DNA from: Spirochaetaceae bacterium
Lineage (GTDB): Bacteria; Spirochaetota; Spirochaetia; Treponematales; Rectinemataceae
Reading direction: 5' to 3'
Assembly (NCBI GenBank): GCA_016794765.1
Contig: JAEUJG010000409.1
Coordinates: forward strand, 1-31,947
DNA length: 31,947 nucleotides
Shown: in pieces, positions 1 through 9,757 of the stretch
Position numbering within the stretch: the stretch's first letter is position 1
Layout of the letters: each line of letters starts with the position of its first letter
Notes under the pieces: generated by a model
Database searches by the model: none
Seen by the model: only the letters and a program-made list of their open reading frames with translations
What the model was told of the DNA's origin: nothing
Position numbers and translations under genes: made by a program

Positions 1-1104
1 GAGTCCCGGCCCATGTTCCTCTTCACCGTCCCCGCCCTCTCGGGCAACTTCATGAAGAAGATCATCTCCGGCATAGAGGAGAAGGGCGGCCTCATCGAGA
101 AGCTCTTCAAGGCGGGCATCCGCGCCGGCATCGCCTACAACGGCGACGGCTTCCACAAGCCCTCCTTCTCGACGCGCGCCTGGAATTTCCTCCCGCACCG
201 GATCGCCAAGCTCGTCATATTCAACAAGGTGCGGAAGATGATCTTCGGCGACGCCCTGCGCTTCTGCGTCGGCGGCGGCGCCCTCCTCGACGTGAAGCAG
301 CAGGAGTTCTACGCGGCCTTCGGCCTCCCGATCTACCAGGGCTACGGCCTCACGGAGGCGGCCCCGATCATCTCCTCGAACACGCCGGCGCGGCACAAGT
401 ACGGCACCTCCGGCGTCGTCGCGCCCTCCGTGGAGTGCACGATCCGCCGCCAGGACGGCAGCCCCTGCGCCGTCGGCGAGACCGGCGAGATCGTCATCCG
501 CGGCGGCAACGTGATGAAGGGTTACTTCAAGAATCCCGAGGCGAGCGCCCAGGCCCTCCGGGACGGCTGGCTCTGGACGGGCGACTTGGCCCACTATGAC
601 GAGGACGGCTTCCTCGTCGTGGTCGGCCGCGAAAAGGCCCTCCTCATCGCCGAGGACGGGGAGAAGTACAGCCCCGAGGACATCGAGGAGGCGGTCACCT
701 TCTCCACCGACGTCATCGACCAGATCATGGCCTACTGCGACCAGAAGAAGTACACGACGGCCCTCGTCACCCTCGACGAGTCCAAGGTGAAGCGGCTCGT
801 CAAGGACCAGGGCATCGAGAGCGCCGAGAAGCTCCTCGAGGCCCTCAAGGCCGAGTTCTACCGCTTCCGCGCCGATCCCAAGGCCAAGAAGGTCCAGCCC
901 ACCTGGGTTCCCGCCTGCTTCCAGATCGTGCCCCAGGCCTTCGGCGACAAGGACGGCACGGTGAACTCGACGATGAAGATCGTCCGCCACCGGATCGTCG
1001 CGGTCTACAAGGACCTCATCGACTACTCGTACAGCCCCGAGGGCTCCAAGACCGAGAACGCACGCAACCTCGAGACGCTCCGGAAGCTCTTCAAGCTGTC
1101 CTGA
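1..1104 (+). CDS. Long-chain fatty acid-CoA ligase (AMP-binding family), 5'-truncated by the window edge
   Basis: Adenylate-forming motifs [27 protein letters not shown] and WLWTGDL. The frame is open from base 1 ([11 protein letters not shown]...), so the true start lies upstream. Confidence 0.9.
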   Translation, partial: ESRPMFLFTVPALSGNFMKKIISGIEEKGGLIEKLFKAGIRAGIAYNGDGFHKPSFSTRAWNFLPHRIAKLVIFNKVRKMIFGDALRFCVGGGALLDVKQQEFYAAFGLPIYQGYGLTEAAPIISSNTPARHKYGTSGVVAPSVECTIRRQDGSPCAVGETGEIVIRGGNVMKGYFKNPEASAQALRDGWLWTGDLAHYDEDGFLVVVGREKALLIAEDGEKYSPEDIEEAVTFSTDVIDQIMAYCDQKKYTTALVTLDESKVKRLVKDQGIESAEKLLEALKAEFYRFRADPKAKKVQPTWVPACFQIVPQAFGDKDGTVNSTMKIVRHRIVAVYKDLIDYSYSPEGSKTENARNLETLRKLFKLS

Positions 1105-1141
1105 TCCGCGGGCTGAAGGCGCCGCGACGCGGCGCTTGGAG

Positions 1142-1176
1142 CGGGGACCGACCTTTGGGTCGGTCCCCGTTTTTTT
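1142..1176 (+). terminator. Rho-independent terminator
   Basis: 12-bp stem CGGGGACCGACC/GGTCGGTCCCCG, 4-nt loop, then 7 T, just after the ligase stop. Confidence 0.9.
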
Positions 1177-1237
1177 GGACGGTTGGCGGCGATGGTGTCA
1201 CAAAAAGGGCAAAAGGCAAGAAATTATCCATTATTTT

Positions 1238-1266
1238 TAGACAAGGAGGGGAAAGTAACTTAACCT
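1238..1266 (+). promoter_or_regulatory. Putative sigma70 promoter of the MCP gene
   Basis: TAGACA-17 nt-TAACCT in an AT-rich island. GGAGGA RBS at 1290-1295 precedes ATG 1299. Confidence 0.55.
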
Positions 1267-1298
1267 TAACGCAAAGAGTACTATTTCCCGGAGGACCC

Positions 1299-3257
1299 AT
1301 GCGTCTGCGCGCAAAACTATCCCTGTATCTTGGCATTCCCATTGCCCTTGCGCTTCTCGGTCTCACGGTCATCGTCATCCGCCAAAGCGAGTCCAGCCTG
1401 ACGGGGCTGTATATCCAGGCTTCCGAGCAGATCGCCCAGGCGCGGGCGGACGAGGTCTCCCGCTGGCTGGCGGGCAAGTTGGCCGCCGTCCAGCGCGGGG
1501 CCCAGGACCAAACCGTCCGGAGCCAGGACAAGGCCGCGATAAGCCGTTACCTCGAGGAGCGCGCGACCTTCGTCGATCCCGAGGTCGAGATCGAGTGGGT
1601 GGGCGACATCGCCGGCAACTACATGACGACCAAGAAGGCGGTCGGCAACGTCGCCGACCGCGATTACTACAAGGCGATCGTCAAGGAAGGGGCGCCGTAT
1701 TTCGTCGGCAACGCCGTCGTGTCCAAGTCGACCGGCAAGCCGATCATCAACGTCGTCGCCGCCGTGAAGGGGACGGGCGGGGCCACCGCCGGCCTCTACG
1801 CCTACTCGCTCACCCTTGATACCCTCTCGGCCCTCGCCACCAAGGTGAAGATGGGCGCGAACGGCTATGCGGTCCTCGTGGACGGCAACATCCTCCTCAT
1901 CGCCCACCCCAATCCCGCCCTCGCGATGAAGGTGAGCTTCAAGGAACCCTCCAAGCTCGGCTACAAGAACCTGGAGCCGGGCATCGCGAGGATCGAAAAA
2001 CGGGAAGCCGGCAGCCAGGTCTACTTCGACGACAAGGGCGTGGAGAAGCTCTTCGTTTTCGCGCCGATCGCCGGGACGCCGGGCTGGTCCTTCGGCCTCA
2101 TCGTTCCGATGGCGGACATCCGCGCGCCCGCCGTCGCCCTCGGCGGTCTCCTGGCCCTCGTCGCCCTCGCCGTGCTTGTCGGCCTGGTGTTGTTGACCAC
2201 CGTCATCGTCACCCGTCTCGTCCGGCCGATCGCCGGCGTCACCCATGCCCTGTCCGTCCTGGCCTCCGGCAACCTCGACCTCTCTTCCCTCGACAAGGAC
2301 GAGCGGGCCGCGATCCTGGCCCGCAAGGATGAACTCGGCGATTTGAGCCGCAACATGGATCTCCTCTACGACAAGGTCGCCGCCTTCGCCACCGCCGTGA
2401 AGGCCGCCAGCGCCCAGGTCGCCTCCGGTTCGCAGGCGATCAGCTCCACGAGCCAGCAGATGTCCCAGGGGGCGACCGAGCAGGCCTCGAGCGCGGAGGA
2501 GGTGTCCGCGAGCCTCGAGGAGGCCGCCTCGACGACGCATTCGAACGCGGACAACGCGGCCCAGACCGAAGCGATTGCGGTCAAGGCGGCGGCGAGCGCG
2601 GAAAAGGCCGGCGTCGCGGTGCGCGAGGCCATCGGCGCGATGAAGGAGATCGCGAGCCGCATCTCCATCATCGAGGAGATAGCGCGGCAGACCAACCTCC
2701 TGGCCCTCAACGCCGCGATCGAGGCGGCGCGCGCCGGCGAGGCCGGAAAGGGCTTTGCGGTCGTCGCCAGCGAGGTGCGCAAGCTCGCCGAGCGGAGCCA
2801 GAAGGCGGCGGGCGAAATCTCCGCCCTTTCCGTGAAGTCGAGCGCCGTATCGGACCAGGCCGGATCCCTCGTGGACGAGACCATCCCCGCCATCAAGCGG
2901 ACGGCCGACCTCGTGCGGGAGATAGCCGCGGCGAGCGGAGAGCAGAAGCAGGGCATGGACCAGATCAGCGCGGCCTTGAGCCAGCTCGACGGCGTCATCC
3001 AGTCGAACGCCTCGGCGAGCGAGGAGCTCGCCGGCATGTCGGAGGAGTTGGCAGCGCAGGCCGCCACCCTCAAAGAGAGCGCCGCCTACTTCCGCAACGG
3101 CGACGCGGAGGAGGCGGAGCTGCTTCCCGCCGCGGAGGGTCCGCGAGCGCCGCGGCGCCGTCCCCGCCTCGCGGAGCGTGGCGATCGCCGACAGGCCGGC
3201 GGCCCGGACCGGCCCCGCCACCCGGGCCATCGCCCCCCGCGGCGAGCCGCAGGATGA
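1299..3257 (+). CDS. Methyl-accepting chemotaxis protein (TM, Cache-like sensor, TM, HAMP, signalling domain). The real C-terminus appears to be frameshifted and to end at 3276.
   Basis: Hairpin-tip motif [43 protein letters not shown]; two hydrophobic segments; start after GGAGGA. The +1 frame at the 3' end reads ...[18 protein letters not shown]. Confidence 0.95.
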   Translation: MRLRAKLSLYLGIPIALALLGLTVIVIRQSESSLTGLYIQASEQIAQARADEVSRWLAGKLAAVQRGAQDQTVRSQDKAAISRYLEERATFVDPEVEIEWVGDIAGNYMTTKKAVGNVADRDYYKAIVKEGAPYFVGNAVVSKSTGKPIINVVAAVKGTGGATAGLYAYSLTLDTLSALATKVKMGANGYAVLVDGNILLIAHPNPALAMKVSFKEPSKLGYKNLEPGIARIEKREAGSQVYFDDKGVEKLFVFAPIAGTPGWSFGLIVPMADIRAPAVALGGLLALVALAVLVGLVLLTTVIVTRLVRPIAGVTHALSVLASGNLDLSSLDKDERAAILARKDELGDLSRNMDLLYDKVAAFATAVKAASAQVASGSQAISSTSQQMSQGATEQASSAEEVSASLEEAASTTHSNADNAAQTEAIAVKAAASAEKAGVAVREAIGAMKEIASRISIIEEIARQTNLLALNAAIEAARAGEAGKGFAVVASEVRKLAERSQKAAGEISALSVKSSAVSDQAGSLVDETIPAIKRTADLVREIAAASGEQKQGMDQISAALSQLDGVIQSNASASEELAGMSEELAAQAATLKESAAYFRNGDAEEAELLPAAEGPRAPRRRPRLAERGDRRQAGGPDRPRHPGHRPPRRAAG

Positions 3258-3287
3258 CGACTTCGAAACGTTCTAGTCCATCGCGAC

Positions 3288-3321
3288 AAAAGAATAAGCC
3301 GCCCGAAAGGGCGGCTTATTC
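3288..3321. terminator. Terminator between convergent MCP and DJ-1 genes
   Basis: 13-bp perfect stem GAATAAGCCGCCC/GGGCGGCTTATTC with a GAAA loop. The A-run at 3288-3291 gives a U-tract on the minus strand. Confidence 0.85.
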
Positions 3322-3396
3322 AATGGCGGCGGGAAACGCCGTGCGGAACGATGCGCCGGCGGCGATTCGTTCCGCTGATCTTCGCCAAGCGCCGGA

Positions 3397-3972
3397 TCAG
3401 ATAGCCGGCTGGCCGCGGCGGTTCTTTACCCAGTCCATCTCCGCGCGATATTCCTCGTCGGTCCTGACGAGGCCCATCTGCCGGCCCAGTTCCACGGCGA
3501 GCTCGGCGTAGCCTTGGCCGACGGCGGTGATGACATTGCCGTCCACGACGACGGAATCCGGGCTGAGCCGGGCCTTCTTATAGTGCTCGTGGAAGGGATT
3601 CTTCTCGGTGATTCCCGAAGTCCCGCCGGTGCACTCCCGGCCGTCGAGGAAGCCGTAGGCCGCGAGAAGCTCGGAGCCACCGCAGATGCCGGCCACCTTC
3701 TTGCCGAGACGCAAGGCTTCGCCGATGAAGGCCTTGAGCCGGGCGTTTCCGACGAGCGGGGTGACGTCCCCGCCGGGGATGAGGAGAAGGTCGAAGTCGC
3801 TGGCGCGCTCCTCGTCGAGGGTCGAGTCGGGGAGGAGCCGTTGTTGTTCCTCGTTTCGGTACTCCTTGTCCTCGAGCGCGAGGAAGACCACCTCCTCCTT
3901 CATGAACATGAGGAGGCTCAGCGCGATTTCAAACTCGGCGAAGCCTTCGTAATACAACACTCCGATTCTCAT
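3397..3972 (-). CDS. DJ-1/PfpI family protein
   Basis: N-terminal GFAEFE, then DLLLIPGG, the nucleophile elbow AGICGG and VVVDGNVITA. AAAGGA RBS. Confidence 0.9.
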   Translation of the reverse strand: MRIGVLYYEGFAEFEIALSLLMFMKEEVVFLALEDKEYRNEEQQRLLPDSTLDEERASDFDLLLIPGGDVTPLVGNARLKAFIGEALRLGKKVAGICGGSELLAAYGFLDGRECTGGTSGITEKNPFHEHYKKARLSPDSVVVDGNVITAVGQGYAELAVELGRQMGLVRTDEEYRAEMDWVKNRRGQPAI

Positions 3973-3999
3973 GCGGTTCCTTTCCCGGCGGCCATCGGC

Positions 4000-5295
4000 T
4001 CAGTAGCCCGGCAGCCCCGCGTACCATTCGGCGACGACGGCGTCTATCTCGCTCCGCGCCCCGTCAAGGGCGGCGCCGGCTGCCTTGGCCGCCGCGGGGT
4101 CTTCGCGGAGCGCCTCGGCCGCTCGTTCGGCCGCCATCGCGAGGCGGCGCTGGGCTTCGTCGCGGCGGGCGACGAAGGCGGGATCCAGCGACAGGCCGCC
4201 GGCCTTGGCGCGCTTGATCCAGGTCCGCTGGCGGGTCCAGTGCGCGTAGGCGGCTTCCGAGCCCTCGGCGTAGTCGTAGGCGGTCCAGAGAGGCAGGAAT
4301 TCGCCCCCCGCGAGGACCAGGGGCTTGTAGAGGGAGAGGCAAGGATAGGAGGTTCCGGTGAACCAGAGCATGCCCCAACCCGGCTTGTCCCCGAACTCGA
4401 AGGCGAGGCTCGCCGTCGTGGCGCTGTTGACCGGGAAGGCGCCTTCGTGGACGCAGGGGCTTTCCATGCCGCCGCGGCGCCGCGGGTCGTAGGCGCCGTG
4501 GTCGCGGAGGGCGCCGAGCATGGCCGACAGTCCCAGGCTTCCGCGGGCCGCCTCGAGCGAGGCGCGCGTGAGGCCCCGGCGCACGTCGCCCTTCGTGAAG
4601 CGCAGGTAGAAGCGTTTTTCGACGTAGGGGCGCCAGGAATCCTTGTGGCCCTTCCTGCCGGCGTCGGCTTCGTCGGAGCAGGCCGCCCTTTCGTTGACGG
4701 GCGCGATCTCCTTGCGCGTTTGCGTGTCGAGGCGCTTGTAGTCGTCTTCGATCGTGTAGGCGTTGGAGATGGTCGCGCAGTCCTCGACCTGGCGCCAGGC
4801 CCAGCGCCGACCCGCGGTTTCGAGCACGAAGGCGCCCGCGGAGTCGGCGACGATGAAGCTGTTGTCGTAGTAGAGGCTGCCTTTGAAGGCGCCGTTGCCG
4901 CCCTGCCCGGCCGTCTCGACATGATGCGCCAGGTAGTCGCGCGCCTCCTCGGCGCTGGCGGAGGAGGAAAGCGCGGCGCGGAGCAGGTCCATGCCGAGCG
5001 CGCCGTCCTTGGCGGGTTTCCAGCGCGAGAACACGGCCTCGTTGCCGATGGCGACGCCCCTCTCGTTGACGCCCGCCTCGCCGCCCCGCATCCAGGAGGG
5101 GCGGGACAGGGCGAAGGCGTAGCCGCCGTCGGGACCGGGGAAGGCGCGGCCGCCGATCTCGAGTTTATCCGAAGCCGGGCGGCGCGGCACGAGGCAGAGC
5201 GCCTGGGGTTCGTCCGGGTGGCGGTCCGAGTTCTTGGCGAACCAGGATTTGCCGGCGGGGGAAAGCTCGGGGCCGGCGTAAAGGGTGTCACACAT
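4000..5295 (-). CDS. Peptidase C69 / secernin-like Ntn-hydrolase (dipeptidase)
   Basis: N-terminal MCDT nucleophile, FAKNSDR, GGEAGVNERGVAIGNEAV, GMDLLR, YDNSFIVAD. AAGGAGG RBS. Confidence 0.9.
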   Translation of the reverse strand: MCDTLYAGPELSPAGKSWFAKNSDRHPDEPQALCLVPRRPASDKLEIGGRAFPGPDGGYAFALSRPSWMRGGEAGVNERGVAIGNEAVFSRWKPAKDGALGMDLLRAALSSSASAEEARDYLAHHVETAGQGGNGAFKGSLYYDNSFIVADSAGAFVLETAGRRWAWRQVEDCATISNAYTIEDDYKRLDTQTRKEIAPVNERAACSDEADAGRKGHKDSWRPYVEKRFYLRFTKGDVRRGLTRASLEAARGSLGLSAMLGALRDHGAYDPRRRGGMESPCVHEGAFPVNSATTASLAFEFGDKPGWGMLWFTGTSYPCLSLYKPLVLAGGEFLPLWTAYDYAEGSEAAYAHWTRQRTWIKRAKAGGLSLDPAFVARRDEAQRRLAMAAERAAEALREDPAAAKAAGAALDGARSEIDAVVAEWYAGLPGY

Positions 5296-5322
5296 GGAAG
5301 AACCTCCTTCGGGTCGGCCGTA

Positions 5323-5351
5323 AGTCTAGTTTTTCCCCGCCCGCGGGGCAA
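5323..5351 (-). promoter_or_regulatory. Putative sigma70 promoter of the C69 peptidase/DJ-1 pair
   Basis: Minus strand TTGCCC-17 nt-TAGACT. Confidence 0.6.
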
Positions 5352-5363
5352 GGGAATTCCGGA

Positions 5364-5789
5364 TCAGGGGCTTTTCGAATATAGGTCGATGTCCTCGCGG
5401 AGCTTCCAGCCGTTGTTTCGCCAGAAGGCCGCGCCGAGTTCGTTGCCCTTGATCACCATGAGGTGGCATTTTTCGACCCCGGAGGCCTTGAGCGCGGCGA
5501 GGCCGGCCGCCGCGAGCCTTTGGCCGAGCCCGCGGCGCCGATGCTCCCCGTCCACGGCGAGATGGTAGAGGTAACCGCGCCGGGAGTCCGAGCCGCAGAG
5601 CACCGTGCCGACGACCCTGCCGTCGGCGCTCCGCGCGACGAAGGAGAGGCCGGGATTCCGCGCCAGGAAGGCCTCTATCCGTTCGCGGCTGTCGGCTTCC
5701 GACAGGCCCATGCCCGGCGTCCTGCCCCAGAGCTCGCGGGCGGCGTCATAGTCCTTCGGGCTGAAGACTTCGATCGTGGTCGTTTCCAT
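5364..5789 (-). CDS. GNAT N-acetyltransferase
   Basis: RRGYLYHLAVDGEHRRRGLG acetyl-CoA binding motif; FWRNNGW. Confidence 0.9.
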   Translation of the reverse strand: METTTIEVFSPKDYDAARELWGRTPGMGLSEADSRERIEAFLARNPGLSFVARSADGRVVGTVLCGSDSRRGYLYHLAVDGEHRRRGLGQRLAAAGLAALKASGVEKCHLMVIKGNELGAAFWRNNGWKLREDIDLYSKSP

Positions 5790-5813
5790 GGTACTTCCTT
5801 GCGCCGGGCCTTT

Positions 5814-6896
5814 TTAGAGGAGGCCGCGTTCCTTGCCGCCCGCGGCCTTGACCGCGTCGACCGCCGCCTTGACGAGCTGGGTTTCCCCGCGCTTCACGAC
5901 GATGACCGCGTCGGCCGTCTCCACGACGACGAGATCCTCGACGCCGGCCAGGACCACCATCCGGCCGCCCCCGAGGGCCATGCAGTTGCGGGAGGAGACG
6001 GCGAGGGCGCCGGGAGCCAGGGCGTTGCCCTCCCCGTCCTTGGACCGGGCCTCGTAGAGGGCGTCGAAGCTGCCGAGGTCGCTCCAGCCGAAGTCGGCCG
6101 GCACGGTCGCGGCGCGGTCGCTCTTTTCCATCACCGCGTAGTCGATGGAATCCGAAGGGATGGCGAGCATGTCGGCCTCGGCGACGCGGACGGTCGCCTC
6201 GTGACCCTGGGCTTCGCTTTCCATGATGGCCTTGGCGCGGGCGGCGCGGGAGGCCTCGAGGATCGCGGGGGCCAGCTTCCCGAGCTCCTCTAGAAAAGCG
6301 CCGGCGCGGAAGGCGAACATGCCGGAGTTCCAGTAGTGGCGGCCGGAGGCGAGGTAGGTTTCGGCCGTCGCCCGGTCCGGCTTTTCCCGGAAGGCGGCGA
6401 CGCGGAGGTAGGCCTTGCCGGCCGGCCGCTCCCCCGCCTCGATGTAGCCGAAGCCGGTCTCGGGGTGGGCCGGCGCGATGCCGAAGGTGGCGAGGAAGCC
6501 GTCGTCGGCGGCGGCGAGCGCGTGGCCGGCCGCGGCGCGATAGGCCGCCTCGTCCGCGACGAGGTGGTCGGAGGGGACGACGAGGACGCTTTCGTCGGCC
6601 GGGAGGCCGAGGCAGGCCAGGGCGATGGCCGGCGCGGTGTTGCGGCCCACGGGCTCGAGGAGGTACTCGACGACGGCGCCGGCGGGGGCCGAGCGGCGGA
6701 ACTGCTCCCGGGCCAGGTCGCGGTGGGCCCGGTTCGTCACGACGACGTAGCGGCCGCCCGCGGCCGCGTTGCGCGCCACCGTCCGTTCGAAGAGGGAGGG
6801 GCCGCCGAGGAGGTCGCAGAACTGCTTGGGAAAGGCGTTCTTGGAGAGCGGCCAGAGGCGCGTGCCGGCGCCGCCGCAGAGGATGATCGTCGTCAT
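5814..6896 (-). CDS. manC: Mannose-1-phosphate guanylyltransferase
   Basis: IILCGGAGTRLWPLSKNAFPKQF, LEPVGRNTAPA, FREKPD, WNSGMF, SIDYAVMEK, WSDLGSF. RBS AGAAGGAA before ATG 6896. Confidence 0.92.
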   Translation of the reverse strand: MTTIILCGGAGTRLWPLSKNAFPKQFCDLLGGPSLFERTVARNAAAGGRYVVVTNRAHRDLAREQFRRSAPAGAVVEYLLEPVGRNTAPAIALACLGLPADESVLVVPSDHLVADEAAYRAAAGHALAAADDGFLATFGIAPAHPETGFGYIEAGERPAGKAYLRVAAFREKPDRATAETYLASGRHYWNSGMFAFRAGAFLEELGKLAPAILEASRAARAKAIMESEAQGHEATVRVAEADMLAIPSDSIDYAVMEKSDRAATVPADFGWSDLGSFDALYEARSKDGEGNALAPGALAVSSRNCMALGGGRMVVLAGVEDLVVVETADAVIVVKRGETQLVKAAVDAVKAAGGKERGLL

Positions 6897-6954
6897 GGTT
6901 TTCCTTCTCTGTTTCGTCGGCGTCCAGGCCGGAGCCGGCCGCCGCATGGGTGGC

Positions 6955-6983
6955 AGTATAGGGCCGGAGGGCGAAAGGGGCAA
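6955..6983 (-). promoter_or_regulatory. Putative sigma70 promoter of manC
   Basis: Minus strand TTGCCC-17 nt-TATACT. Confidence 0.65.
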
Positions 6984-6996
6984 CGGTGGAAAGACG

Positions 6997-7440
6997 CTAG
7001 CGGCCGGCGGAAGGAAGGCGCAGGACCATCGTGCCGCGAAAATCGCGGAAGCCGAGCTTCAGGTAGAGGGGACGGCCGTCCTCGGTCGGGTGGAGCCTGA
7101 GGCGGAGGAGGTTTCGGATTCGGGCTTCCTCCAGGAGGAGGTCGAGGAGGGTCCGGGCCAGCCCGCGCCCGCGGTGACTCGGGGCGGTATAGACGCTCAT
7201 CACGTAACCTTCGAGGCGGGAGGCCTTGGCGGCGGGATTGTTCGGCGACGCCGCCGCGCCGGCCCCGGCGCGAAGCCGGGCGCGGTCGATGCGGAGGGCC
7301 GCGCTGGCCACCGGCTTGCCCCCATCGAGGGAAAGCCAGGCGGCGAGGCGGTCACGTTCCATCGTTCGGCGGAAATAGGCGGTGAGATCCTTGCGGAGGG
7401 CATCCTCGTCGGGGATGCCGCCGTCCTTGACGATCCGCAT
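6997..7440 (-). CDS. GNAT N-acetyltransferase; the true start is probably upstream of 7440 (possibly 7545)
   Basis: GYVMSVYTAPSHRGRGLA and GRPLYLKLGF motifs. The in-frame upstream codons read LEFRRARPDEAPILAELRLDF, a typical GNAT first strand/helix. Confidence 0.85.
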   Translation of the reverse strand: MRIVKDGGIPDEDALRKDLTAYFRRTMERDRLAAWLSLDGGKPVASAALRIDRARLRAGAGAAASPNNPAAKASRLEGYVMSVYTAPSHRGRGLARTLLDLLLEEARIRNLLRLRLHPTEDGRPLYLKLGFRDFRGTMVLRLPSAGR

Positions 7441-7541
7441 GAAGTCGAGGCGCAGTTCGGCGAGGATCGGAGCCTCGTCCGGGCGCGCCCGGCGGAATTC
7501 GAGGCCGGCCGGGCCGCTTGTGCCCGGGGCGCGGCTGTCGG

Positions 7542-7745
7542 CTATAGCGCGGCTCCGGACTGGCCTTCCTCGGCCTCGTTGCCTTCGTCCTCGTCCGCGC
7601 CTTCGGTTAGGGCTTCTCCCTCGACGGGCTCCGCGCCCTCGGGATGGAGCTTGCGCTCGGCCTTCTTGGCCGCCTTCTCTTCCGCCTTCTTCTTGCGATC
7701 CAGCTCTTTGCGACGCTGTTCGCTATTATACTGATTGGGCCGCAC
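7542..7745 (-). CDS. Small charged hypothetical protein (67 aa; basic N-terminal half, acidic tail)
   Basis: AAGGAGG RBS 4 nt before GTG 7745. Reads MRPNQYNSEQRRKELDRKKKAEEKAAKKAERK... A TG-c-TAAAGT extended -10-like box lies upstream. Confidence 0.7.
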   Translation of the reverse strand: MRPNQYNSEQRRKELDRKKKAEEKAAKKAERKLHPEGAEPVEGEALTEGADEDEGNEAEEGQSGAAL

Positions 7746-7842
7746 GTTGCCTCCTTGATCCGGGTCACGTACGGCCCGATCCACTTACTTTAGCACGCCG
7801 GGCGATTACTTGCTACGGCAAAGCCCGCCCGCCCGGGCGGCC

Positions 7843-9516
7843 TTAGCGCATCTCCCGCAGGGATTCGGAGATGGAGAAGGCGTAGTCGCCGATCTTCTCG
7901 ACATGGCGGACGAGGTCGATGAAGAGCAACTCCGTCTTGACGTCGGCGCCGGCCTTGAGGCGCTTGCGCGCCTTCTTCTTGAGCGAGCTCCGGAAGTCGT
8001 CGAGCTTCTGCTCGAATTCGGCGGCCAGGGCGAGCTCGGCCTCGCTGATGGGCTTGGCCGCGTTCTCCTCGACGAAGCGCAGGAACTCGTCGGCGATGAG
8101 GGTGTAGGGCGCCAGCGCCTCGAGCTCCTCCTTGTCGAGGACGAGGCCCTTGTTGCGGCATCGTTCCAGGAGCAAGGCGAGGCTCATGCAGGAGTCGGTG
8201 ATGTTCTCGAGCTCGTCGACGACGCGGAGCAGGTGCTGGATGTTCGCCTGGGTCTTTTCCGCCGGGCTCTGCCTCGAGACCTCGAGGAGGAAGTGCGTGA
8301 GCTCCTCCTGCATGCGGTCCGCGTAGGTCTCCTCGTCGCGGAACCACTCGACCTCGGCGGCGATGTCCGAGGGCTGCTCCTTCACGTCGGCGCGGAAGCG
8401 GGAGAACATCGTCCGGGCCACGCCGGCCATGGAGCCGATTTCCTTGCGCGCGTTGACGAGGTTGAGCTCGGGTATGTCCAGGACCGGGCCCGCGGAGTAG
8501 GCGAGCTTCTTGCGCGCCTCGGCCTCGCCCGGTTTCTCCTTGATGAGCCAGGAGACCAGGGCGGCGTACTGCCGCACGAAGGGGAAGAGGACGACCGTGT
8601 TGAGGGCGTTGAAGAGGGTGTGCAGCATGGCGATATGGGCGCCGGCCGTCGTCGCCGTGATTTCGCCGGGCGTCACCCAATCGACCAGGCGGAGTATGGG
8701 ATCGAGGAAAAGCACCACCCAGATGGTGCCGAAGACGTTGAACAGGATGTGGGCCCAAGCCGCGCGCTTGGCGTTCGTGTTCGCGCCGAGCGAGACCAGG
8801 AAGGAATCGAAGGTCGTGCCGATGTTGGCGCCGAGGGTGATGGCGGCCGCCATCGGGAAGTCGATGATGCCCTTGGCCGCGAGGCCGATCGTGATGGCGA
8901 TCGTCGCGCTCGAGGCGTTGATGAGCATCGTGAAGACCGTGCCGACGAGGACGCAGACCAGGGTCGCGATCCAGCCCTTGTCCGAGAAGCTTTGCAGGAA
9001 GAGGAGGGCGTCTCCCGTCGGGTCGGGGATGGCCTTGGCCAGGAATTCGAGGCCGAGGAAGATGAGGGCGAAGCCCATGAGGCCGACGCCGTAGCTCGTG
9101 AAGGTGGTGCCGCGCTTCTTCATGAGGGACATGAAGAAGCCGAGGCCGAAGATCGGCACGGCCAGGGCGACGATGCTGAACTTCTTGACGCCGACCGCCG
9201 CGACGATCCAACCCGTCAGGGTCGTACCGATGTTGGCGCCCATGATGACGCCGATCGACTGGACGAGGGAAAGAAGGCCGGCGTTGACGAAGGACACGAC
9301 CATGACGGTGGTCGCCGAGGAGGACTGGATGAGGATCGTGACGAGGACGCCGGTGAAGACCGACATGAAGCGGTTCTTCGTCATGAAGTTCACCGTGCGC
9401 TGGAGGCGGTCGCCCGCCGCGCGCTGGATGCCGTCCGAGGTGAGCTGCATGCCGTACATGAAGAGGGCGAGGGCGCCGGCGAGCTCTAGGCAGATGCGGA
9501 TGATTTCTCCGACCAT
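7843..9516 (-). CDS. Na/Pi cotransporter family protein with C-terminal PhoU-like domains
   Basis: QSSSATTVMVVSFVNAG and GVIMGANIGTT repeated motifs (second copy LGANIGTT); helical C-terminal region ending HVEKIGDY. Confidence 0.92.
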   Translation of the reverse strand: MVGEIIRICLELAGALALFMYGMQLTSDGIQRAAGDRLQRTVNFMTKNRFMSVFTGVLVTILIQSSSATTVMVVSFVNAGLLSLVQSIGVIMGANIGTTLTGWIVAAVGVKKFSIVALAVPIFGLGFFMSLMKKRGTTFTSYGVGLMGFALIFLGLEFLAKAIPDPTGDALLFLQSFSDKGWIATLVCVLVGTVFTMLINASSATIAITIGLAAKGIIDFPMAAAITLGANIGTTFDSFLVSLGANTNAKRAAWAHILFNVFGTIWVVLFLDPILRLVDWVTPGEITATTAGAHIAMLHTLFNALNTVVLFPFVRQYAALVSWLIKEKPGEAEARKKLAYSAGPVLDIPELNLVNARKEIGSMAGVARTMFSRFRADVKEQPSDIAAEVEWFRDEETYADRMQEELTHFLLEVSRQSPAEKTQANIQHLLRVVDELENITDSCMSLALLLERCRNKGLVLDKEELEALAPYTLIADEFLRFVEENAAKPISEAELALAAEFEQKLDDFRSSLKKKARKRLKAGADVKTELLFIDLVRHVEKIGDYAFSISESLREMR

Positions 9517-9757
9517 CGCTGTTCCTTTGGGGGAGGATTGGCGGTCTTGCTTCGGGGCTAATCCCGGTTTTCCACCTTGTGTATAGCCGAAGGACGGCTT
9601 CGCTGAAAAGGGGCTCCGGCGGGCGATCTGGATGGCGCCGGCCTTCCCGCGCTACTATCTTCCCTGCGGCCTTCCCAAGCCTCGTGGCCGCCCATTGCGG
9701 ACTGGTATTGCGGACGCGCCCCGACGGGCGCGATATCGCTAGAAAAGGATTGATTGG

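Noticed and set aside
1188-1230. Riboswitch-like strings before the MCP gene (GGCGATGGTGT, like the start of a fluoride riboswitch; GGGCAAA...GAAA, like c-di-GMP-I)
   Set aside because: The complementary strands needed for P1/P2 are missing, and the segment lies upstream of the predicted promoter at 1238-1266.
9517-9600. Possible ion-sensing riboswitch in the Na/Pi transporter leader
   Set aside because: Only short, weak helices are visible, with no terminator and no consensus I can match. A cmscan against Rfam would be needed to say more.
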